Assembly: GCF_000002075.1 (NCBI RefSeq)
Contig: NW_004797365.1
Location: 1,145,358 to 1,209,357 of the forward strand
Length of the DNA: 64,000 nucleotides
DNA from: Aplysia californica
Taxonomy: Eukaryota
Reading direction: 5' to 3'
Each line of letters begins with the position of its first letter. Position 1 is the stretch's first letter. This document shows positions 54,473 through 64,000 of the stretch, one piece after another. The notes below the pieces were generated by a model. The model made no database searches, was not told where the DNA came from, and saw nothing but the letters and a program-made list of their open reading frames with translations. The translations under genes were made by a program, and so were the position numbers.

Positions 54473-56894
54473 TTCGTTTCGGATAGGGGGTGTGTGATTA
54501 ATCAGATTATTATTCGGACCACCCTTCTTTCCAGTCCCGTATCAGTCTGGCCCTCCTACCTCAGCACCATCATCCTTGTGATGACTGCGTGTGTGTGTGT
54601 GTCAGTCTGCTTGAGTTTGTGTGCGTTTGTGGCCTACTTGTAGAACCGCCTGCGTTGATTCGTAAACGAGGCGTGCGTCTCATGGAATTCAAAACATTCC
54701 AAGTTGGTAGCTCTAGATGTCTGTCTAATTAAATTATAGCAAATTGACCCACTTAGACATGAGGAGCTCAGAAGACTCGCATCTCGGCACAGACGCAGAA
54801 CAAGTTTTGACTTTTTTTTAGTTTGTTTTGTATGCTGAACACAAATTTGACTCCATTTCATAGCCTACAAAACGTTCACGGTGTAGTCACTGTGTTTTTA
54901 AAAACATTAAAACTAAAACCAACTCGCCAATTATGCCTCTTCACCCCGGTTGAGAATACAAATGCAGCCAGTGGCGGTGGGTAGTGAAGGGCTCACGGGC
55001 TTGAGCCCCCCTCCCTACCCCCCAACTCTATCGCAAAGCAAATGAAAATAACGAAATTATAAGCAGGTGAAATTGTAGTTATGATCACTCTGTGAACACA
55101 GGGTATTCAAGTTGGTGGCTTCCTCGTTTCTCCAATCACTATTGTCACGGCTTACAACTATTACCATAGTAACCTAACTGCTAATCAAATGTCTTAAGGG
55201 CTCAGCAAAGGACGAGCCCGTTCCCCGGCCCCCACTTAATGAAACCCCTCTTGTAAAGAGGTAGAAGACTTGAAAAAATGACACTGCACAGAGAGCTCAC
55301 GCTCTCCTAGCCCTGACAATGGAGTGAAAGTTGACGACACACTTTCCCTCAATGACACAGTTACCTGTGCACCCATTGGACCTTTGTTAGGTGCGTTCTA
55401 CTTTCTGAGGCTACACGGCCTAATCCAGCTCATGCACTGTATGTTTGGAGTGCTGTGTGTGCCGCTGAGATTTAACAGTTATTTATTACATTTCATTACT
55501 TCAAACCGCTTTTGAGGCTACTTTTTCACCAGATGAAAATCAATAAGAAAAATTTGGAGATAAAACGGTTTTGTCCCCACCATCCAGAAGAATTTAACGT
55601 TGAACAAAAAGATGGAGGACAGAAGTGATTCTTCTCCTTTGAATGATTCTCAAAATTCTGTGGCTCGCTGTGAGTAGATAGAAAAATCATCACTGTTTTG
55701 TTCTTATTGCTTGCTATTTGGTGGTAAAGAAGTGGAAGCAACCTAAGCCCCACCCAAATTTTGCAGCCCATTTTAATATGTTCCTGTTTAAGTGTTCTAC
55801 AGCATTCACATGTGTTGCGCATCATAGGCCATTACATGCCGTCATCCAAACATCAGTCAGAAACCTTCTCTCAAAAATGCATATATATCGAGGGACCAAT
55901 CAAAAAACATTTCGAAGCATCCTTTCAGTTGGAGTGACTGCATGTGCGTTTGTACATGATCTAAATTATATTTTTTTTAAAAATCAGATGACGAATGCAT
56001 GTGTTTGAGTGGAGCGTACTTTTGTATGGCAAGCGTTTAGGCGGAGACTAATGTAATACACATCTATATAGAAAGATGTTATTTATTGAATCATAATCAT
56101 TATTGTTGCCGGTGCATCTCAATTTATGTCTAGTCAACCAAGATGAGACTACTAGATGAGGAAAACAAATATCACAGGAGAAGAAAGCATGAGACTGATA
56201 CCTTGGTAATGGGTTATCTATGTACTTTAATAAAAGTGATCCCATTTATTTATTTATTACAGTGAATGTAAATATGATACCCAACTATAGCAGGGTTTGG
56301 CAATACCAGGGACATCACGTCGGTCCTGACTGTTCTGTTATAGCGGATAGCGGGGGCGAACTGTAATTCTATTATGGCACATTAATTTTTTAATTAAAAC
56401 ATCATGGGATAGGCATAAAGCAGGTGATTGCAAAAATTTTGTTGTGGGCTTGAGTGATTTCAATATGAATTAGAGATAAAATCAAATGTTATTTATTTTT
56501 TACATAAGAAGAAAATGCTTTGGGCTTGTTTGTTTTTTTTGTTTTTTTTTGGGGGGGGGGTATTTATAGATACACAGTTTAATATGTCACAATAATATGA
56601 AACTTAGGCATCATGTACACACTTGAAATTATTGCCATATATATGAAAGTGCACCCGATAAATCTTTCCATTGTTATGTACACTTATTAAAATGACCCTC
56701 ACAAGAATTTATTAGCTTTTTTTTTCTACAATCTTTCTCTTTACCTTTAGCAAATGGGACAAAACTCAGAGTTGTTAAGAGTTAAAGTCATTTTCAGTCA
56801 TTAGTTCTGGGTGGACTACCTCCTAATTGTGAATGAGGTTTCATTGTTTTGAATTATCAATACCTTATTTTTTCATGTTTAATTGTTATTGCAG

Positions 56895-56990
56895 GTCTAC
56901 ATCAAAGAAAGATATGCTTGCTGTTCCTGGTCCATGTGATATTGAAGTGAGAGATGCGAAAGGACTTTCTCAGCAAGAGTTTCTGAATAG
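56895..56990 (+). CDS. JMJD8: JMJD8 exon 2 (STSKKDMLAVPGPCDIEVRDAKGLSQQEFLNR)
   Basis: TTGCAG acceptor; C.IE.R...LS..EF motif; 96 nt, phase 2 to 2. Confidence 0.87.
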
Positions 56991-57518
56991 GTTTTTATTA
57001 CTATTACATTGTATTTGTTAATGCATTCAATGCGTATCCATATTATTTCTTAGGGAGGTGGGGGTGGGGTGGGGGGTGGGGGGTCTATCAAGCTTCTGAC
57101 ATTTTGAACAGAAACAAACCTTCTGCATATTCTGGTTTTACCTTTCTGTCTCTTTCTGTCTGATCTGCACTTCTTATTTCATTCGAGTGGGATAGCTACA
57201 TGACACATATCAACTATGTTTGGTTTTATTTATTTGGGTCTTTTTCTCATAGCACTTGGCATACGTGTAAGGCTGAGTGTTTCTGCATAGCCATGTTGTC
57301 CTTGTTACATAGTGTACAGTTATTTGGCAGTAAAAAAGATTTTGATATATTGTGTAATTGAGTCTGTTTTAGAATAGTCAACTTAGCTTTTTCATGCACT
57401 TTTTCGTACCACCGAAATTGTCAACGTCATTCCACAATCGACCAAATCAATTTCGAGGGTTTTCTCAACTAAGCCATTTTTGAACAAAGACATCAAAGGG
57501 CATCCTACTATACATGTA

Positions 57519-58102
57519 CAGTAGAAACCTGATATAACAGGGATGGTGGGACCAGAGAAAAAGTCCTGTTAAATCAGAAATGCAAGGGAAGTAAGCATTT
57601 GTGGACTAACCCAGCTGTATTTATTCATGGGTAGTTTCCCTTGCGACAAGCAACACATTACACGTGGGTGTAGCTAGGCTAAGGGCTAGATGACTGAAGT
57701 CTGCAGCACACCACATCTCTCTCTTGTTTCACCCGATGCGTGTGCTTGCAGCAGTAGCGTGGCTTTCGTGGGCTNNNNNNNNNNNNNNNNNNNNNNNNNN
57801 NNNNNNNNNNNNNNNNNNNNNNNNNNNNNNNNNNNNNNNNNNNNNNNNNNNNNNNNNNNNNNNNNNNNNNNNNNNNNNNNNNNNNNNNNNNNNNNNNNNN
57901 NNNNNNNNNNNNNNNNNNNNNNNNNNNNNNNNNNNNNNNNNNNNNNNNNNNNNNNNNNNTAACCGGTTGGGCTCCGATGATGTCCTGTTATTGCGGATAA
58001 TTTTTTATAGAGGCATAGAGTAGGAAAAAACGGAGATTCTAAAAATCCCTGTTTTTACCGGTTCCCTATTATTCCCGGGCCTGTTATATATGGTTTCCAC
58101 TG
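57519..58102. mobile_element. Tc1/mariner (pogo/Tigger-like) MITE; contains a gap
   Basis: TA-CAGTAGAAACCTGATATAACAGG ... CCTGTTATATATGGTTTCCACTG-TA. Confidence 0.75.
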
Positions 58103-58381
58103 TAGTTACGTTCTGTTACGTTATTTCCTGTCTGGTTTATAATTGACACTCTTGCAAACATACACGGATAGAGATACATAAACGATTGTGTTTTGAAATT
58201 GTTAGTTTGCATGAAAAAAGTAGGATATGTAGCTTAATTTTTAACCCTGCATAGCATTTTTATAACTGAAATTAAGGTGAATTGGTGTTTCAAATTTGTT
58301 TAAAGTGCAGGTTATGTGTAGTACTGAAAGCTGAAAGCTGAAAGCTAAAGGAATTAAAAATAATTGAAATGTCTATTTCAG

Positions 58382-58430
58382 ATATGCTTATGATCTGCCT
58401 GTCGTTATACGAGGAGCAACTGACAATACT
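58382..58430 (+). CDS. JMJD8: JMJD8 exon 3 (YAYDLPVVIRGATDNT)
   Basis: TTTCAG/GTAAGT; 49 nt; PV.I.G.TDN motif. Confidence 0.9.
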
Positions 58431-58999
58431 GTAAGTTTACCGAATGTGGTCGTCAACTAAGGAGGACTGAATGCAAGAGTCAGTCTGTTTAAAATAATAA
58501 GTACTCAAGTCATGGTTATGATTTCTCTACTCTCTTAGATGTGGTTTTTTTTGTAGCTTTTTTTTTTTTGGGGGGGGGGGAACATCATTTGATTTCATGT
58601 ATGTTGTCTGACATTTTGACAGAACTATAATATTGTGATTATGCTTATGTTGGTTCCCACTTATCTAAAGATGTATGCGTCAGTGTTTATTCTTTGTCAC
58701 CCATCATTCTCATTGGTACTTATGCTTTTAAAAAAATAATTGAAAATATAATTACCATCAATATATAGTTTTAGGTGACATCTGTCAACAGTGCAACAAT
58801 GTATGAGTAATACATTTGCATTGTCATAAGTCAGTTATATTGTTCAGAATGTGTTTTATGGTCAGTGTATGACGCATAGGCATTACTCGTGCGAATCATA
58901 ACTGTTTGTTTCCTGTTTAATTGTTTTTCTCAATGGCTTTTCAAAATTTGAATGTCTTTCTATTTTCAACCCATTATGATCTGATTGTGATGTTGAAGG

Positions 59000-59897
59000 A
59001 CACTGATGGATCAGCCTTCAAGGGAACTGTTAATGTGGGCTTTGGAGTAAGAACAGAACATCCTGACAAGACATGTGAAAAACTATTTGATCCTTGTGGT
59101 ACTTCTTGTACAAATTATGAGGCTGAGGCCATCGCCATTGAAGCAGCAATCCTCCACCTAACCAACATTTTCATTATATAACCAGACAAAATCAAGGATA
59201 CTGTAATCTTCACGGACAGAAAGTCAGTACTCCAAGCTTTGGAAAACATGAATTTTGAAAGCCCAGCTTGCCTCTCTGTGGCTAAAAAATTAACACCTTC
59301 ATGCAGACCATCAACCTGAATTTACAGTGGATACCTGGCCACAGCAACATCCCAGGAAACGACAGAGCAGACACCTTGCCAAGAAGGGAGCATCACAAAC
59401 ACAACCTCAAAACCCAGTGTCACAACAGACAGTCAAGAACATCGTCAAATGTCAATCAAATGCAATACCAGGGAACAGTGGCTGAATGGATGGGCATTGG
59501 GCAAAACTGGAAGAGCTGTATTTGCACACATGACTGCTCCCAACTCAAAAGACTGAATTTCCTCAGTAGAAGAGAACAAGTCACTATCTTTCGCCTGCGA
59601 ACACAACAACACAACACATCCTACTGAATTCGTACCTAGATAGGATCTGCAAGGATACCCCTCCTAACTGCCCCTTGTGTGACTGTCAGGATGAAACAGT
59701 ATCACACCACCTCTATACCTGCCCTGCACTTACCAACCTGCGTAGCACCTACTTACCCCCCCTGATATGGGAAATACTTTATACAGCGACAAAAGACAGC
59801 TGATAAAAAGCTGTAAATTCTTTGCCATATTGACAGGCCGAAGGTCTGGAACCAGATGGCAGCTGAATCGGAAAAGTAAAGTGAAAGTTAAAGTAAA
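59000..59897 (+). mobile_element. 5'-truncated RNase H-bearing LINE (I/Nimb/Ingi-like group), frameshifted
   Basis: TDGS...NYEAE..AI...IFTD.KS.LQAL...LQWIPGH..I.GND.AD RNase H motifs; CPLC...ETV.H.L..CP knuckle; (AAAGT)n tail; 13-bp TSD GTGATGTTGAAGG at 58987-58999 and 59898-59910. Confidence 0.9.
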
Positions 59898-59945
59898 GTG
59901 ATGTTGAAGGTAAGCTAATAAGTTCGTATTTTTGTGACATTTCAG

Positions 59946-60042
59946 GTTTTTCAAGACCAATGCAGAAAGGAAAACATGATGAAAGACTATGCTTCCAAAC
60001 GAATTAAACTGAGTTCTGCGAATACTCATTCATATGAAAAAG
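59946..60042 (+). CDS. JMJD8: JMJD8 exon 4 (VFQDQCRKENMMKDYASKRIKLSSANTHSYEK)
   Basis: TTTCAG/GTATT; 97 nt; LS.ANT.SY.K motif. Confidence 0.9.
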
Positions 60043-60102
60043 GTATTAAAAACCAACCGTGTAATATTTACTTACACCAGCAAAAAATATGTTATTAATG
60101 TA

Positions 60103-60869
60103 CTGTCAAATCAGTGTAAGATGGCCACCCATTGTCAAGGAGAAAAGTGGCCGTATAAGACAGGTGGCCGTCTTAGGCAGGACTGATCAAGGTGAAGAAA
60201 ACAAACCATTCCCATCTGAGGTCCCAATCGAAAGTAGCTGCATTGTTGTTTTTGTTGTTGTTGTTTGTATTTTGTTTATTATTTTTATTTCGTTGTTGAT
60301 TTTTTGCGCAAGAGTGATGATAAAACGAAATGTATCAGACGAGGAAGACCGAGTACCATGTTAAAACAAACACATGGGTTGCCACCACTCAGGAGAGAAC
60401 GAGCGAGGCTTCTGTCACAAGTTCATGTTGACGTCCATTGTTTCTTTGTTACAGACTGGGTAAACAGTGACCACNNNNNNNNNNNNNNNNNNNNNNNNNN
60501 NNNNNNNNNNNNNNNNNNNNNNNNNNNNNNNNNNNNNNNNNNNNNNNNNNNNNNNNNNNNNNNNNNNNNNNNNNNNNNNNNNNNNNNNNNNNNNNNNNNN
60601 NNNNNNNNNNNNNNNNNNNNNNNNNNNNNNNNNNNNNNNNNNNNNNNNNNNNNNNNNNNNNNNNNNNNNNNNNNNNNNNNNNNNNNNNNNNNNNNNNNNN
60701 NNNNNNNNNNNNNNNNNNNNNNNNNNNNNNNNNNNNNNNNNNNNNNNNNNNNNNNNNNNNNNNNNNNNNNNNGTGCCTGTTTTACACAGATAAATTATAT
60801 AGAAAAAATGCAAGGGGGGAAATGGAAAGTGGCCGTTTGTGCAGGTGGCCGTCAGGGCAGGTTCGACTG
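60103..60869. mobile_element. Tc1/mariner-like MITE; contains a gap
   Basis: TA-CTGTCAAATC...GGCCACC and GGTGGCCG...GGTTCGACTG-TA termini; repeated GTGGCCGT. Confidence 0.55.
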
Positions 60870-61205
60870 TATTTTTAACTGTATTCCTGTCAGTGATTGG
60901 TGGCTCTCCTTTTACTTTGCAACCAGTGTGATCAAATTGGAAGGTTTTGACCTAGTCAAAGATTTTAGAATTGTTTTTAGGAACATTAAATTTTTATAAA
61001 TTACTTATGTTCTTGAAAAGCAATAGTCGTTCCTGATACATACAGCTGAAATTGTCTAAGACAGCCACTTTTCATTCCCCCAACAATATCGACTCATCTT
61101 AAGTAGAATAACTACAGGTGGCCATAAGAGCACTTCATTCATGCCCTGATTTATGATTTTCTCTTTGATCTTGTACATTTTTTTAAATTTTCGTTTTCTT
61201 AACAG

Positions 61206-61274
61206 TTGAAGTGACCTTACAAGAATATGTGGATAAATATTTGAAGCCACAGACATTGAAAACTTTAGGAAATG
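61206..61274 (+). CDS. JMJD8: JMJD8 exon 5 (VEVTLQEYVDKYLKPQTLKTLGN)
   Basis: Pyrimidine tract and AACAG; GTAAGG donor; 69 nt; QEYV...L.PQ...LGN. Confidence 0.9.
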
Positions 61275-61871
61275 GTAAGGAGTAAAGATTAGTTCATGTT
61301 ACTCTTTCCAAAATTTTGGAAGATTTTGTGTACTTCTAAATGATTTATAATTATATTGTATTGGGATTTGTTTACTTGTCTGTTCTTCGCTGGGGGGGGA
61401 GGGTTGGCGGGTGCTCTGGTATGGTTTGCTTCTTCTTTCCTATCAAAGATCTATCGTCCTTATCTCCCCTTCTTCTTTTTTATGTTTGTTACTCTCTTGT
61501 AACACCTCTAATCTTCTCGCGCTCATATGACCTTATGCAGTAGCGAGTGCCGTAAAACCTCTACTAAAACTAACAAGCAGGGGGGGGTTGCAGAAGACCT
61601 GCTTATGATCCTGTCTTAAGGGAAATATGTAAAATACGCTTGCATGCTTTTTTAGGGCAATTTTTATATTTGATCATGGTCTGGGGGGTTGTGATAAGTT
61701 ACCTGCCCTGATACTGCTAACCGCTTTATGTTGTGTTTCCAGTTGTTGAAGGAATTTGGAAAATTGTCCTACTTATAGGCAGCATGACGAATGATAAATC
61801 TGAAACAAATACTGGTATTCTCACATGTCTCGATGATTGGTCATTTCCTTGTGATTCTGTGGTATCCTCAG

Positions 61872-61991
61872 AGACATTTTACTGGTTTGGTGACAACAAC
61901 TTTACAGAGTGGCAGTCCCTCATTGACTTGTATCAGCCACCCCCATATTCTGTGCCCGATATGACAGGAGCGTACAGTTTTGGCTTGGCAG
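61872..61991 (+). CDS. JMJD8: JMJD8 exon 6 (ETFYWFGDNNFTEWQSLIDLYQPPPYSVPDMTGAYSFGLA)
   Basis: CTCAG/GTATGT; 120 nt; FGDNNFTEW and AYSFG.AG motifs. Confidence 0.93.
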
Positions 61992-61997
61992 GTATGT

Positions 61998-63706
61998 ACT
62001 TACTTACTTACTACCCATTATGCCATCTGGCATTTAGGGCAGCAACAAAGGATCTCCAGCTCTGTCTGTTTTGGGCCCTCTTGGTTAGCGTTCCCCACGA
62101 ATGATTCCAGGACTTCATTTCAGATTGTACTGTGTGTCTCCAGGTCACTTTGGGTCCGCCCCTTTTGCGACGTCCTTCAGGTGTCCAGTGGAGGGCAGTC
62201 TTCACAATAGAGTCTGGTTCTCTTCTCAGAACATGTCCAATCCATCTCCACCTTCTCCTTTTTATTATGGTTGTCATGTCCTCTTGGCTACATTTACGTA
62301 ACAGATCTGCGTTGGATATCTTGTCGGGCCAGAAGATTCTGAGGATTTGGCGTAAGCTGGTTGTATGAAAGGAAGATAGCTTGGCACGGTCATGATCAGT
62401 CATCTTCCAGCTTTCAGCTCAATATAGGAGTGTGGATAGTACACAGCTGTTATACAGCTTTAACTTGGTTTGTATACTAAACTGTCCTGACTTCCAGATG
62501 TTGATCATGCTTCTGTGTACGGATCTTGCCTTGCTGAGTCTGTTCATGATGTCTTCCTTTGCGCCGCCGTCAGTTTTGATTATGCTGCCTAGGTAGGTAA
62601 ATGAGTCTGTTATAGGCAGGTCTGTGTTGTTCACTCTAATCAGCATTGGGGAGCCTACATTCAGTGTCATCACTTCTGTCTTCTTCTGGCTTATTCTTAA
62701 CCCAATCTGGCGTCCGTATTTGTGGAGTCGGTTTGTTTTTTCCTGCATGTGCTGGTTGGTATGGGAGAGTAGTGCAAGGTCGTCGTCAAAGTCAAGATCC
62801 TCGAGGATGGAGAAGAGGGTCCACCTTTTGCCTCTTGATGTGTCCTCTGTTGTTTTCCTCATGACCCAGTCAATGGCCAGGTTGAACAGAATTGCTGACA
62901 TGTTGCATCCTTGTCTAACTCCTGTCTTTACCTCAAAAGCAGTGGTACTGTTTCCAACAACGCACTTGAAGTTTTGGTAGAAGCTCTTGATGACCTCCAC
63001 TATCTTGCAAGGGATTCCATAAGATTGTAGAATGTACCAAAGACTCTCTCTATGCACACTGTTGAATGCTTTTTCAAAATCAACGAAGTTGACATAAAGT
63101 TGTCTCTGCCATTCCGTGCACTGTTCTATTATGTTGCGGAGGGCAAATATCTGATCTGTGCATCTTCTTTCTTAGCGGAATCCTGCCTGTTCTTTTCTTA
63201 AGCAGCTGTCTACGGCATCCGACATCCGATTAATAATAATCTTGGCCAGGATCTTGCTGGTGACTGATAGCAATGTGATACCTCTCCAGTTGTTGCAGTC
63301 TTTAAGAGCTCCTTTATTTGGTACTTTAACAATGACTCCAGTGCTCCAGTCCTAGGGAATCTGCTCTCCCTCCCGTATGGTTTTGAATAGTGGTTGAAGA
63401 ATGGTGGCAGTCAGTTCTGGGTCTACTTTAAACATTCAGCATTCAAGTTGTCCATTCCTGGAGATTTTCTTGTTTTCATGCTCTTCACAGCTTTTACAAT
63501 CTCATGTTTCTGTGGTGGGTCAAAGCTGATATCAAGATCCATGGTAGCTTCCTGTATGTCTGGGGTGTCCTCAGGTGGAGGTTGGTTTAGGACTTCCCTG
63601 AAGTGTTCTGTCCATCGTGCTTCCTGTTCCTTCTCGATTGTCAGCAGCTTGCCAGCCTTGTCTTTGATTGGTCCACTCATTCCATCGTGGTACTTGCCAC
63701 ATATTA
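61998..63706 (-). mobile_element. 5'-truncated RTE-clade LINE (degenerate RT), (GTAA)n tail, 12-bp TSD TGGCAGGTATGT
   Basis: ORF pieces SPGMD, GVRQGC.MSA.LF, LEDLDFDDDL, RRRWRWIGHVLR, with in-frame stops; TSD at 61986-61997 and 63707-63718. Confidence 0.95.
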
Positions 63707-64000
63707 TGGCAGGTATGTGATAGGAGAGATAGGCGTTGGAAAGAAATATGTGCCATGAGGCAGTGGAATCAGGCACTTGTCAATTTTTGGGCATGTGGAG
63801 TTATTGGTATTGTGTTACAATTTGTTCATCGGTCTTGTGTTCGATGAAAACAACACCCGTCATAGAGGTCGAACAGAATTTGTTATTGAAGGAGGGGGGG
63901 ATTGCCTTGTGTCCGAGATAAAACTTAGCGAGAAAATGGCCACTAGAGTTTGGTGACTTCCAAAGCTGTAATGTCCTTGGAAACAACAAATTTACATATT

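Larger units (their letters stand above)
50707..61991 (+). other. JMJD8: JMJD8 gene, 5' part (exons 1-6; 3' exons lie beyond the window)
   Basis: Spliced product contains PVVIRGATDN, LSSANTHSY.K, TFYWFGDNNFTEW and AYSFGLAG, recognisably like human JMJD8 (PVILQGLTDN, LSTANTYSY, TLYFFGDNNFTEW, AYSFGIAG). Confidence 0.92.

Overview
Animal genomic DNA: AT-rich, spliceosomal GT-AG introns, six N-gaps. It is probably a gastropod or other mollusc; that is an inference from repeat style and protein divergence and is not verified. Two genes sit head-to-head, with about 450 bp between their first ATGs. (1) Minus strand: a complete NAK-family Ser/Thr kinase (AAK1/BMP2K; Drosophila Nak-like). I assembled 18 phase-consistent coding exons by hand, 50260 to 6056, 4710 nt, about 1569 aa. 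It has a kinase domain, a Q/P-rich and polyQ region, HRRNVSD and WNPF motifs, and a 2.56-kb terminal exon with repeated D[VP]FxxxP[FL] motifs. (2) Plus strand: the first six coding exons of JMJD8 (50707 to 61991), which continues beyond the window. The introns are packed with transposon remnants. These include 5'-truncated LINEs with clear target-site duplications (TSDs), one of which duplicated a JMJD8 splice donor. There are also nested non-autonomous DNA elements (hAT-, piggyBac-, Tc1/mariner-, Kolobok- and Helentron-like) and a multi-copy short retroposon family with a shared 5' motif. The most unexplained signal is a dense TCTAGA/AGATCT palindrome array confined to the flanks of the bidirectional promoter. 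No prokaryotic systems, CRISPR arrays, rRNA or tRNA were seen.
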